A DNA stretch of 32,000 bases from Acaryochloris thomasi RCC1774 (GCF_003231495.1 NZ_PQWO01000018.1:30001-62000); one strand, 5' to 3'; shown: positions 8,620 to 17,998, counted from the first letter of the stretch. The notes: a model not told the origin generated them from the letters alone. Translations and numbers: made by a program.

Positions 8620-8814
8620 TTACAAGATTAAGACATCTTTAAGCTGTGGCTGCGAGTGAACGATGGAAATGCTTCTGGTCATTGTGCCAGTGGGGGCAGG
8701 TATCATTTCACCTCGAGAATCAAGAACCTGCACCAAGATAAGGTACGCGATGCCTAAAACAAGCGAGACAATACCTGTCAGCACTGCAATTGCCTTAGAA
8801 CGGTCAAATGACAT
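8620..8814 (-). CDS. Small membrane protein (hypothetical)
   Basis: 64-aa ORF with one hydrophobic helix (AIAVLTGIVSLVLGIAYLILVQV). AAGGAA lies 8 nt upstream of the ATG. It sits 45 nt downstream of the MCE gene on the same strand. Confidence 0.5.
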   Translation of the reverse strand: MSFDRSKAIAVLTGIVSLVLGIAYLILVQVLDSRGEMIPAPTGTMTRSISIVHSQPQLKDVLIL

Positions 8815-8859
8815 GGAAAATTCCTTGTGTAGAGAGCAAGCAGTTAGGAGGCGAGAGGC

Positions 8860-10113
8860 TTAGTTCTGAATGGTGACTCGAGGCTTCACCTTTGGAGAAT
8901 TAGCTTGATGCTGAGGTGTGGGTTGCGAGCCATTCCTTGTCGCATAGAGCTGCTGTTCTAAACTTTGCGTTGAGGACAGCAGCTTGCTTAGGCCGTTGAT
9001 CAGTCGGATCAAATTCTCCCGAAATTCCTGATTGCCGGTTAACTGTTCGAGATCGGTTGTAATTTTCTGCGTATTTTGGAAAGTGACTCTGGCGGAGTCG
9101 AGGGTCTGAGCAACGCCCAGCAATGCTGCCGGGTCGTCAAGCGATGTGGTGAGTTTGTTGAGGGTTTCTGAAGCTTGAGCACCGTTCGCAGCCAGCGTCT
9201 CTAGATTCTCAATCAGTTTTCCTTGCTCAACACGACCAATGATGGGTTCTAGGTCGTTGACAACAGTCTTCAAGTCTTGACTGGTGTCTCTTAAGTTATT
9301 TAATGTCGCTACGAGTGTGCCTCGGTTCGCTTGGATGAGAGACGTTACTTCTGTGGCCGCACCGCTCAACTGGTCGGCGGTGCGGCTAAATTTCGGACCT
9401 AGTTCACCCACTTGATTGGCGGCTTTTGTCACGGAGGCGGTAATGCCGTCAACGGCCTGTAGCTGCTGACGTGTCTCTTGGCTAAGCTGGCTGAGTCCTG
9501 TTGCTGCACCTGATACGTCCCTTAGGGTGACTCTTGCGCTTCTGCTCAGTTGGGTGACGCTGCGAGATGCGGTCGAAAGATTGGCTAGCGTTTGCTGTAG
9601 ATCATTCTCACCTAGCTGATTGGCGATGTTGGTCGTGGCTCGAATCAGTGCGTCAAAATTAGCACCGACTTCGCCATCAAGTTGATCGCCGTCGCAGAGA
9701 ATAAGGTTGCGATCGCAATTCGGTTCAAACGGTGTCAGAGCATCTGTCACCTTTAGAGGCTCAGCCTCAGGCTGAGGCCTGAAATCAAGGGCAATCTGAC
9801 CAATAAAGCCAGACTGACTGGCCTCTATACGGCTCTCCTTCGGAATTAGCAACGTTGCAGGTTCAATATCCATCCCGACCAGAACACCATTTGTCTGTGC
9901 CTTCAGTGACGTAATTTCGCCCACTTTGACACCCCGGAATCGAACCGGACTTCCGACATCTAGCCCTAGGGTCTCAGGTAGCTGAACCTTTAAGGCGTAG
10001 GAGCTACCGCCAAAGGTTATCCCTCGAATCCAGGCAAATAGGCCAACGAATACCCCTAGCCCCGATAGAATTAGTAGCCCTACTGATCCCTCTCGGACGA
10101 CCCGCGATCGCAT
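8860..10113 (-). CDS. MCE/MlaD-family substrate-binding protein (TGD2-like) with a long helical C-terminal extension
   Basis: N-terminal TM (VGLLILSGLGVFVGLFAWI) followed by an MCE domain (GSPVRFRGVKVGEITS). About 280 aa of Leu/Gln/Thr-rich helical sequence follow. Adjacent to the cognate ABC ATPase. Confidence 0.85.
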   Translation of the reverse strand: MRSRVVREGSVGLLILSGLGVFVGLFAWIRGITFGGSSYALKVQLPETLGLDVGSPVRFRGVKVGEITSLKAQTNGVLVGMDIEPATLLIPKESRIEASQSGFIGQIALDFRPQPEAEPLKVTDALTPFEPNCDRNLILCDGDQLDGEVGANFDALIRATTNIANQLGENDLQQTLANLSTASRSVTQLSRSARVTLRDVSGAATGLSQLSQETRQQLQAVDGITASVTKAANQVGELGPKFSRTADQLSGAATEVTSLIQANRGTLVATLNNLRDTSQDLKTVVNDLEPIIGRVEQGKLIENLETLAANGAQASETLNKLTTSLDDPAALLGVAQTLDSARVTFQNTQKITTDLEQLTGNQEFRENLIRLINGLSKLLSSTQSLEQQLYATRNGSQPTPQHQANSPKVKPRVTIQN

Positions 10114-10159
10114 AGTTGACCTCTTCAGAACGTCACATCAATGGTCTTCAAATAACAGT

Positions 10160-10948
10160 CTAGAACTGGTGGTCTACAATTTCCATCGGACCGTGAATCT
10201 CACCGCTCAGAAATTGACGAACATAGGGATCCGTCGGGTTATCAAGATCCTCCGCTTTCCCCTCCCACTGAACCTTGCCATTGTAGAACAGCACTAGGCG
10301 TTGTCCCGTCCGTCGAATCGTGCTGTGTTGATGCGTCACAATCGCATAGGTCTCACAGCCAGACGTTTTCTGCAGCTCCAATATCAGCTCTTCAATCACG
10401 GTAGAGGCTATTGGATCCAGCCCTGCCGTCGGCTCATCGTACAGGAGAATTTGGGGATCATCTGCCGGATCGTCTGGATCATCAAGAATGGCCCGAGCAA
10501 AGCTAACCCGCTTGCGCATGCCACCCGAAAGCTGTGCAGGGTATAGATCACCCGTTCCAGGCAGTCCTACCATCTCTAGCTTCTCATTCACCAGCTGGCA
10601 GATCCGCGAACTTGGCAGCCGCGAATTCTGGAACAGGAAAAACCCTACATTTTCAGAAACCGTCAAAGAATCAAAAAGTGCGGCCTGCTGAAACACCATG
10701 CTCATGCGGATTGTATGTTCAATATCATCGACGGGTCCCTCTCGAAGCTTGCCGTTGATGTAGACCTCGCCAGCATCCGGCACCTGCAGACCGGCAATAA
10801 TCCGCAAAATCGTTGACTTACCTGTTCCTGATGGCCCTAAAATCGCCACAGCATCACCAGGACAGATGGTTAGGTTTGCGTCGTTGAGAACAACGTGCCC
10901 ATCAAAAGATTGGCAGATGCCTCTGAGTTCAATCAGTGGCTCAGGCAT
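10160..10948 (-). CDS. ABC transporter ATP-binding protein (MlaF/TGD3-like)
   Basis: Walker A GPSGTGKST, signature LSGGMRKRVSFARA, Walker B ILLYDEPTAGLD. An acidic insert, DDPDDPADDPQ, lies before Walker B. Confidence 0.9.
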   Translation of the reverse strand: MPEPLIELRGICQSFDGHVVLNDANLTICPGDAVAILGPSGTGKSTILRIIAGLQVPDAGEVYINGKLREGPVDDIEHTIRMSMVFQQAALFDSLTVSENVGFFLFQNSRLPSSRICQLVNEKLEMVGLPGTGDLYPAQLSGGMRKRVSFARAILDDPDDPADDPQILLYDEPTAGLDPIASTVIEELILELQKTSGCETYAIVTHQHSTIRRTGQRLVLFYNGKVQWEGKAEDLDNPTDPYVRQFLSGEIHGPMEIVDHQF

Positions 10949-10989
10949 AACATTGCACCTTAGGTCATCAAACCTACGATCACACTGAC

Positions 10990-12018
10990 TTAATCATCGA
11001 CAAAAATATATCGATGCAGTTCACTGGGGTCCGGCTCTGGGCTTTCCTCTGCAAACTGAACAGAAGCATCGACCGTTGCCTGAATTTTCTGATCAATGTC
11101 CGTCAATTCTGCTTGATCGACTAGATTTTGCTCAACTAGATAGGCCTGAAACTGCTTGATCGGATCGCGGGCTAGCCACGCCTCTTTCTCTGCCGGATCT
11201 CTCAGTTCGTCTGGATCCGCGAGTGAATGTCCTCGGAATCGATAGGTAAGGGCCTCAATCAGTGTTGGACCTTCGCCCGCTCTTGCCCTGGCCACGGCTT
11301 CTTGCGCAACGGTGTGCACAGCCATCACATCCATGCCGTCCACCTCGACTCCTGGCATCCCAAAGGCTTTGCCTTTCTTGTAGATTTCAGTATCAGACGT
11401 CGCGCGATCGTGGGCCATACCAATCGCCCACTTATTATTCTCAACCACAAATAGAATTGGCAGCTTCCATAGAACAGCCATATTCAAACACTCAAAAAAT
11501 TGGCCGTTGTTGCTGGCCCCATCCCCGAAGAAGCAGGCTGTGACCTGATCTGCCGACTGATCGCCCATTGCTTCACGACGGTACTTACTTTGGAATGCAG
11601 CCCCAGTCGCGACAGGAATGCCCTCTGCAACAAAGGCAAATCCCCCTAGCAAGTTATGCTCTGAGGAAAACAGGTGCATAGAGCCGCCGCGTCCCTTGCT
11701 GCAGCCCGTGGCCTTGCCAAAGAGTTCCGCCATCACCTGGTTGGGGGGTACTCCCGCACTCAAGGCGTGGACGTGATCGCGATAGGTGCTGCAAACGTAG
11801 TCGTCCGGCCGCATGGCCTTGACAATGCCGCTAGAGACAGCCTCTTGGCCGTTATAGAGATGAACAAAACCGAACATTTTGCCTCGGTAGTACATCTCAG
11901 CGCATTTATCTTCGAAAAGTCGCCCCAAAACCATATCTTCATAGATTTTGAGCCCTTCTTCTCGGGTGATCTGCACCGGAGTCGTTGAAATTTTGGGGAG
12001 AACGCGATCCTGAACCAT
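10990..12018 (-). CDS. pdhA: Pyruvate dehydrogenase E1 component, alpha subunit
   Basis: YRDH, GSMH and the TPP-binding block [19 protein letters not shown]...[15 protein letters not shown]. 342 aa. Confidence 0.93.
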   Translation of the reverse strand: MVQDRVLPKISTTPVQITREEGLKIYEDMVLGRLFEDKCAEMYYRGKMFGFVHLYNGQEAVSSGIVKAMRPDDYVCSTYRDHVHALSAGVPPNQVMAELFGKATGCSKGRGGSMHLFSSEHNLLGGFAFVAEGIPVATGAAFQSKYRREAMGDQSADQVTACFFGDGASNNGQFFECLNMAVLWKLPILFVVENNKWAIGMAHDRATSDTEIYKKGKAFGMPGVEVDGMDVMAVHTVAQEAVARARAGEGPTLIEALTYRFRGHSLADPDELRDPAEKEAWLARDPIKQFQAYLVEQNLVDQAELTDIDQKIQATVDASVQFAEESPEPDPSELHRYIFVDD

Positions 12019-12294
12019 TGATATACAGAATGTCCTTGGTGACGATGCGGTATGAATTCGGGGGTAGGAATAGATCCTAGAGATTTGTTGATTGATGCCC
12101 CCAGTCTATCAGGATCTCTTGAATGAGTAGATAAATGTGGCTGGGAACGACTCTTCTCTTGTTGTTTGCTGATCACAGCTTGCTACTGTCCGTCCGCATG
12201 GCTTAGTTAGACAAGTTCTTACCTTGTCAAGTCGCAGGTTATGATAGTCCAAACTGCATCGCTGTATTGACTTGCTGCCCACCTAAATGAATTA

Positions 12295-14466
12295 ATGACT
12301 TCTTCGCCCACAAGGACACTAGCTGTGCGTATCCCCCTCGATCTCTATCAAATTTTGGGTGTGCCGATTCAGGCCACGCCAGAACAGGTAGAGCAGGCGT
12401 TTGTAGATCGGAAACAGCAGCTCCCTCGCCAGCAATATACTGAAGCTGCGATTAAAACGCGCAATCAGCTTCTAGACCAAGCCTACGCTGTACTTGCCGA
12501 TGAAGATCTGCGCGCAGCTTATGATCAAAAGATTTTGGCAGAGAGTGGCTCCTCATTAGAAGCTAAACCCGCTGAAAGCGCTATGGAACTTGAGGAGAGT
12601 CAGCTCGTAGGCGCACTATTGCTACTACAGGACTTGGGTGAATACAGCACAATCTTAGAACTGGGCGGTACTTACCTTAATCGCTCCATTGACCTTAATC
12701 AGTTGCCCACACAAGCCCCCGTTTCTGAAGAAGATGTGGTGTTAACCATGGCCTTAGCACATCTTGAATCAGGACGAGAACTCTGGCAGCAGCAGCATTT
12801 TGAGCCGGCCTCAGAGGCACTGCTGAAGGGCAAGAATTTGTTGAGTCAAGAGCAATGTTTCCCAGAGCTGCAGCAGGAAATTCAGACAGATTTAGACAAG
12901 CTGCGTCCCTACCAAGTTCTAGAGCGACTGTCCTTACCCACAGATGATCCAGAACGTCAGCAGGGTCTGCTGCTGCTGCAGGAAATGTTAGATCAGCGGG
13001 GTGGAATTGACGGTCGGCGAGATGATCTGTCGGGCTTAGGCATTGATGACTTTTTGCGATTTGTGCAGCAGCTTCGGAGTCACTTGACTGTTGTTGAGCA
13101 GCAGGAGCTGTTCGAGAGAGAAGCGCAGCGCCCCTCAGCGGTGGCCTCTTACCTAGCAAGTTATGCTCTGGTTGCTGGGGGATTTTCGGAGGGACAGCCA
13201 GCTAAAATTCAGCAGGCGCAGGCGCGGTTGAGTCATTTGGCTGATCGCCAGGACACCTATGTTGAACAGGCAATGTGTTCCCTGCTCTTAGGGCACCCAA
13301 ACGTTGCGACTCAGACACTTCCCCTGAGCCAAGATGAGGAGTCCTTGGCTTTTATTCGTCAATATTCAGAAGGGGCGGAAGATGAAATTCCAGGCCTCTT
13401 TCTCTATACCGAACACTGGCTTCAGCAAGAAGTTTATCCCTACTTTCGCAATTTAGTGGAGCAGCCGGTGCTGCTGCAGGGGTACTTTAATGACAAAAAA
13501 ATCCAGGCGGCTCTCTGTGCGTTAGAACCGAATGTTGAGCCAGAGTCTCAGGGAAAGACTGCCGTCCGATTACCGGGGCCATCGGATCGGAAGCGATCCT
13601 CTCCGGCAAAGGCCACAGCACCTTCCACTACACAGGAGCTGCAGACACTGCAGTCTGTTGATGTTAGGGAACTCAAGTCGCCAGAAGTGCGAGAGGCCCC
13701 TATCCCTGAAACAGCCGCAGTGCCGGTCTCCTCACCAGCCTTCCCGGCCGCTGGCAAGGTAGCGGTCAATCCTGGAACGCGCACCGCAGGTGCTACGACA
13801 GCAGCGCCTGCGGTGCGACAGAGTAACCCCACAGGACCCGTAAGGCGTCCGGGAACCTCTCGCAATCACCAGCGAAGTTGGCTTCCTTGGGTGGGTGCCC
13901 TGTTGTTGGGGTTGCTAGCAGTAGGAGGACTGTGGGCTTTGATCTCACGTCGGCCAGCGGTTGTCGGCTCAACTGATTCTGAAGCGCCTTCGCCTGAGGC
14001 TTCTACCGATGTCCCCGGCACGGGCGGAGGTACGACCGTGGAGCCTGTTGCTCCCAGCCCAGGTCTTCCAGAGCCGTCAGTTAGCGGTCCGCTCTCTACG
14101 GAAAGCGCGCGGCAGGTCATTGAGTCATGGCAATCTATTAAGGCGAAGGCAAAGGGAGAAGAGCATCAAATTGATCAGCTCAGCCAGGTGTTGGTGGACC
14201 CAATGCTGTCAGAGTGGACCCAGAAAGCCCAGCAGGAGAAGGCTCGATCGGCTCACTGGCAATATCAGCTCGATACTATTAGTGTCGAAAAGGTAGAGCC
14301 TCAGGGCGAAGATCAGGCGAGTATCTACGTGCAAATTAAGGAGGACGCTAAAATTGTTGCTCAGGATCAAGTCGAGTACTCCTACCAAGATCCCTATCGC
14401 GCTAAGTATGATGTGATACGCCAGAATGATGAATGGCGGATCAAGAATGCGAAGGTTCTGCCTTAG
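12295..14466 (+). CDS. ftn2: Cell division protein Ftn2/ZipN (ARC6 homologue)
   Basis: N-terminal J-like domain (DLYQILGVPIQATPEQVEQAF...AYAVLADEDLRAAYD), a long central region, a Pro/Ala/Thr-rich linker, a single TM (WLPWVGALLLGLLAVGGLWALI) and a conserved C-terminal lumenal/periplasmic domain. This is the typical cyanobacterial architecture. Confidence 0.88.
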   Translation: MTSSPTRTLAVRIPLDLYQILGVPIQATPEQVEQAFVDRKQQLPRQQYTEAAIKTRNQLLDQAYAVLADEDLRAAYDQKILAESGSSLEAKPAESAMELEESQLVGALLLLQDLGEYSTILELGGTYLNRSIDLNQLPTQAPVSEEDVVLTMALAHLESGRELWQQQHFEPASEALLKGKNLLSQEQCFPELQQEIQTDLDKLRPYQVLERLSLPTDDPERQQGLLLLQEMLDQRGGIDGRRDDLSGLGIDDFLRFVQQLRSHLTVVEQQELFEREAQRPSAVASYLASYALVAGGFSEGQPAKIQQAQARLSHLADRQDTYVEQAMCSLLLGHPNVATQTLPLSQDEESLAFIRQYSEGAEDEIPGLFLYTEHWLQQEVYPYFRNLVEQPVLLQGYFNDKKIQAALCALEPNVEPESQGKTAVRLPGPSDRKRSSPAKATAPSTTQELQTLQSVDVRELKSPEVREAPIPETAAVPVSSPAFPAAGKVAVNPGTRTAGATTAAPAVRQSNPTGPVRRPGTSRNHQRSWLPWVGALLLGLLAVGGLWALISRRPAVVGSTDSEAPSPEASTDVPGTGGGTTVEPVAPSPGLPEPSVSGPLSTESARQVIESWQSIKAKAKGEEHQIDQLSQVLVDPMLSEWTQKAQQEKARSAHWQYQLDTISVEKVEPQGEDQASIYVQIKEDAKIVAQDQVEYSYQDPYRAKYDVIRQNDEWRIKNAKVLP

Positions 14467-14534
14467 TCTCTTTTGACTGAACTTCTCTATCGTGGTGAAG
14501 TATTGGTGGACCTCATTATTTTCTGAGCAAGACT

Positions 14535-15926
14535 GTGATTATGGCGCAACAGTGGCTGATCCTGGCTTCGGTGGTGACGGGGATGAGCTTTGGCGTCAGT
14601 TACCTGACCACAAGAGACCTTAAGCAGGCTGTATCGACGAGTTTAATTACGCTGTCATCGGCATCAATTGGTGTTGCCGTGGCTGAAGACCGGCGCAGAG
14701 GAAAACGGCTAACTGAGCATTCGATGTTGGAAAGTGGTGCGTCGAGGAACAGCTTGAGTCTTCCGAGTTCAGCGTCACAGGTTGCTGTTTTTTGGGATTA
14801 TGAAAATGTGAAGTTCCCGGCGGGGGCGGCCAGTGCGCCGCTCGCGGAATCTTTGATTGAGTATGCAAAGTCTTTGGGACATCTGCGGGTGAAGACGGTG
14901 TATTCAAACTGGCGGCGGAAGGATGAGCGGATTGTCCAGACTTTATACAGCCTTGGTTTCGAGCCTATTCACGTTTCGATGGGAAAGGCGAACAGCGTTG
15001 ATGTGAAGCTGGTGGTGGATTGCTTGGAGGCTGCCTACCGCGATCCGGCTCTCTCTCAGTTCATTATTGTGACGGGGGATAAGGACTTTATCCCGTTGGT
15101 GAATGCTTTGAAAGATCTGGAGCGACAGGTGACGGTGATCGGTCGGACGGAGAATGTCAGTGAGCAGCTTTTGCTCAGCGCGGATGAGTTTATACCGCTC
15201 AAGCGGTTGGTGAAGGATGCGGCGGAGCGACTGCAGGCTCAAGAGCCTCAGGTTTCTGCCGATGGACGCTCCGCTGTACTGAGCTATGAAGATGCGATCG
15301 CATGTCTAGCAGAAGCCATTGGCAAAGCCCTAGAGCAGCAGAAAAGCACCCAGTTCTCAACGATCAGCAAAATGATGCGGGATATCAATCCAGCCTATGA
15401 AGGGGCATCATCGGTTCTCCGTAATGACGGCGGCGTCTTTGCCCGCTTTAGTGACTTGATTCGGACCGCTGAGGAAGAAAAGCGTATTCGTGTACGCACC
15501 ACATCGGAAGGTTTCAAAGAGCTATTTCTGATTGAAGAAGACCCCCAGGACGAATCAGAATTTAATCCACCCCCCACTCGCAAGATGGATCGCCAGCAGT
15601 GGTCTCTGTTTGTCAGTGAAGTGGAAACAGCCTTCCAGGAACTGAGGCCGCTCCCCAGTTTCGTACCGCTGCTGCGGTCAGTGACACGGGCTAAAACCAG
15701 CGGTGTTCTCGCCTTCCTCAGCCACGGGAGTCTGCGGAAATCGCTACAGCGCTTGATTGACGTGGGTATTTTAATTAGTCAAGAGGATGGTGGCTTCTGT
15801 TTGGTGGATACCTTAGCGGAGCAAAGGGAAGCTTTTTTAGATCAGCTGACGATAGAGGATGCGCCCCTGCCGGAGACGCCGGTTTTGCCTGAGCCACAGA
15901 AGATCAAGGATGTGCATGAAGTTTAG
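14535..15926 (+). CDS. Membrane-anchored NYN (LabA-like) domain protein with C-terminal OST-HTH/LOTUS-like regions
   Basis: N-terminal hydrophobic segments (WLILASVVTGMSFGVSYL and SLITLSSASIGVAVA). NYN core at about 14781-15209 with acidic residues in VFWDYENV, NSVDVKL and IVTGDKDF. Helical, winged-helix-like C-terminal repeats follow. Start is GTG at 14535 or ATG at 14541. The stop overlaps the lpxD start by 11 nt. Confidence 0.8.
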   Translation: MIMAQQWLILASVVTGMSFGVSYLTTRDLKQAVSTSLITLSSASIGVAVAEDRRRGKRLTEHSMLESGASRNSLSLPSSASQVAVFWDYENVKFPAGAASAPLAESLIEYAKSLGHLRVKTVYSNWRRKDERIVQTLYSLGFEPIHVSMGKANSVDVKLVVDCLEAAYRDPALSQFIIVTGDKDFIPLVNALKDLERQVTVIGRTENVSEQLLLSADEFIPLKRLVKDAAERLQAQEPQVSADGRSAVLSYEDAIACLAEAIGKALEQQKSTQFSTISKMMRDINPAYEGASSVLRNDGGVFARFSDLIRTAEEEKRIRVRTTSEGFKELFLIEEDPQDESEFNPPPTRKMDRQQWSLFVSEVETAFQELRPLPSFVPLLRSVTRAKTSGVLAFLSHGSLRKSLQRLIDVGILISQEDGGFCLVDTLAEQREAFLDQLTIEDAPLPETPVLPEPQKIKDVHEV

Positions 15927-16932
15927 TGAATTAACACAACAGTTGGGTGTGGCAACGATTGACACAAGTCTAGCCATACGTCCTGACTTAGATCCAGCGC
16001 TAGTCGGCATTGCGGCCATCGATCAGGCTGCGACAGGTGCTCTTAGCTTTATGGAAGGAGATCGCTTCGCTCAGTGGATCCATAACACCGAGGCCAGCGG
16101 TTTAATTCTGTCGTCAGACCCCGAACGACAGGCGATCGCAACGGCCCGCAACATCGCCTGGATTGCCACGGCCCAACCACGCCTTCTGTTTGCTCAAGCG
16201 CTCTCGCACTTCTATCAACCCTGGCAGGCTGCTCCCGCGATTGATACAACTGCCGTCATTCATCCAACTGCCCGTATCGGCGCAGGGGTCAGCATTGGTC
16301 CCCATGTGGTGATTCATGAGCAGGTACAGGTGGGAGAGGGCGTCTGTATTCATGCCAATGGGGTCGTTTACCCAGAGGTTCAGATTGGCGATCTCACCAC
16401 CCTCCACGCTAACTGCGTCATTCACGAACGCAGCCAGATTGGCAAAAACTGCGTCATCCATAGTGGAGCGGTAATCGGAGCCGAGGGATTTGGCTTTGTA
16501 CCCACTGACAACGGCTGGTATAAGGTGCCTCAGTCTGGGGTCACTGTCCTCGAAGATCAGGTGGAGGTGGGCTGCAACTCTACCATTGACCGGCCTGCGG
16601 TGGGAGAAACGCGCATTGGGCAAGGAACAAAAATCGACAATCTAGTGCAGGTGGCCCACGGCTGTCAGATTGGCCCCCACTGCGTGTTGGTGGGGCAGGT
16701 GGGGCTGGCCGGTCATGTTGAGCTGGGTGCGGGTGTTGTGCTGGGGGGCCAGGTGGGGGTTGCAGATTATTTGCAGATTGGAGAAGGTGCGATCGCAACG
16801 GCCCAAGCCGGTATTACTAAAAATGTGGCAGCAGGCACGATGGTTTCCGGCTTCCCGGCCATGCCCACCAAACTATGGTTGAAAATGATGGCCGCCCTAC
16901 GGAAGCTGCCAGTCTCAAAGCCAAAAATTTAG
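15916..16932 (+). CDS. lpxD: UDP-3-O-acylglucosamine N-acyltransferase, copy 1
   Basis: Left-handed beta-helix hexapeptide repeats, GAEGFGF, and the catalytic block GTKIDNLVQVAHGCQIG. ATG at 15916 (MKFSELTQQLG) is preferred; the track extension back to 15859 is just open frame inside the upstream gene. Confidence 0.9.
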   Translation: MKFSELTQQLGVATIDTSLAIRPDLDPALVGIAAIDQAATGALSFMEGDRFAQWIHNTEASGLILSSDPERQAIATARNIAWIATAQPRLLFAQALSHFYQPWQAAPAIDTTAVIHPTARIGAGVSIGPHVVIHEQVQVGEGVCIHANGVVYPEVQIGDLTTLHANCVIHERSQIGKNCVIHSGAVIGAEGFGFVPTDNGWYKVPQSGVTVLEDQVEVGCNSTIDRPAVGETRIGQGTKIDNLVQVAHGCQIGPHCVLVGQVGLAGHVELGAGVVLGGQVGVADYLQIGEGAIATAQAGITKNVAAGTMVSGFPAMPTKLWLKMMAALRKLPVSKPKI

Positions 16933-16958
16933 TCGCTGTCCTCCTATCACCAGCTCCT

Positions 16959-17969
16959 ATGCAGATTCAAGCCCTCGCCCAAGCCCTTGATGCCGACGTT
17001 GCGCCTCACTTAGAGCTAGAGATTACTGGAGTTGCTGGAATGGCTGAGGCTACCACCAGTGAGATTACATTTCTGTCTAACCCCAAATATGTTGCTCAGC
17101 TCCAAGATAGTCAGGCCGCTGCGATTTTAGTTGCCTCTGACTTCACCGGCAGCACTCCAATGCCCTGCTTGCGAGTGGCAGAACCTTATCTCGCCTTTGC
17201 CAAGGCCATTGAGCTGTTCCATCACAAGCCCCTGCCAGAGCGCCGCATTCACCCCACCGCCATTTTGGGAGAGGGCGTCACGCTGGGGGAAAATGTGTCG
17301 ATTGGGGCCTATACAGTGGTGGGAGATCAGGTCACCATTGGCGATCATGCGACGCTGTATCCCCACTGCGTCGTCTACGACCGAGCAATTATTGGCGCCC
17401 ATGCTGTTCTCCACAGTCATGCTGTGGTGAGAGAAGAAGTCAAGATTGGCGATCGCGTTATCCTGCAGAATCAGGCCGTGATCGGAGCTGATGGGTTTGG
17501 CTTCGTTCCCTGTGCAGACGGCACCCTCTACAAAATCATGCAGGCCGGTACTGTGATCTTGGACGATGATGTTGAAGTTCAAAGCTTAACCGCCGTCGAT
17601 CGAGGCACGATCGGAGTGACCCGAGTGGGGCGAGGAACAAAAATCGATAACTTAGTCCAGGTGGGACACGGCTGTGAGATTGGCCAACATACTTTGCTCT
17701 GCGGCATGGTGGGGCTGGCCGGTTCTACGAAAGTGGGGAACCACGTGATGATGGGGGGACGCTCTTCTGCAGCGGGGCATTTAACCATTGGCGATCGGGC
17801 GGCAGTGGGCTTCCACGGCACAGTGTTGCAGTCGGTAGAGCCTAGTACACAGGTCTGTGGATATCCGGCAATTGATCATAGCCTGTGGCTGAGGGTGATT
17901 TCTGAGATTAAGAAACTACCTCAACTGTTCAAAAGACTGCGCGAGGTTGAGAAAAAAATTGGTTTGTGA
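16959..17969 (+). CDS. lpxD: UDP-3-O-acylglucosamine N-acyltransferase, copy 2 (diverged paralogue)
   Basis: Same architecture: GADGFGF and GTKIDNLVQVGHGCEIG. It has one extra hexapeptide turn relative to copy 1 and a longer C-terminal helix (KKLPQLFKRLREVEKKIGL). ATG at 16959 is preferred over 16875. Confidence 0.88.
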   Translation: MQIQALAQALDADVAPHLELEITGVAGMAEATTSEITFLSNPKYVAQLQDSQAAAILVASDFTGSTPMPCLRVAEPYLAFAKAIELFHHKPLPERRIHPTAILGEGVTLGENVSIGAYTVVGDQVTIGDHATLYPHCVVYDRAIIGAHAVLHSHAVVREEVKIGDRVILQNQAVIGADGFGFVPCADGTLYKIMQAGTVILDDDVEVQSLTAVDRGTIGVTRVGRGTKIDNLVQVGHGCEIGQHTLLCGMVGLAGSTKVGNHVMMGGRSSAAGHLTIGDRAAVGFHGTVLQSVEPSTQVCGYPAIDHSLWLRVISEIKKLPQLFKRLREVEKKIGL

Positions 17970-17998
17970 ACGATTTCACCCAATTGAGGGCAAAGCGA

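Noticed and set aside
15859-15915. 5' extension of lpxD copy 1 listed in the track (MRPCRRRRFCLSHRRSRMC...).
   Set aside because: The extension is simply open frame overlapping the 3' end of the NYN gene. The Arg/Cys-rich peptide is not LpxD-like, and MKFSELTQQLG at 15916 matches normal LpxD N-termini.
16114-16623. 169-aa minus-strand ORF inside lpxD copy 1. There are similar antisense or off-frame ORFs at 7381-7761, 12695-13159, 13548-13865, 13866-14120, 14647-14907, 14943-15242, 17127-17582, 17579-17821, 25745-26143 and elsewhere.
   Set aside because: They lie wholly within genes that carry clear enzyme motifs on the other strand or frame. Their composition is low-complexity and Arg/Pro/Ser-rich, typical of shadow ORFs, and they lack RBS signals.
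16621-16683. 63-nt block about 83% identical to 17633-17695 in lpxD copy 2, considered as a possible gene conversion tract.
   Set aside because: The block encodes the catalytic GTKIDNLVQV(A/G)HGC(Q/E)IG segment. Differences are mostly at third positions, which fits purifying selection on the active site rather than recent recombination.
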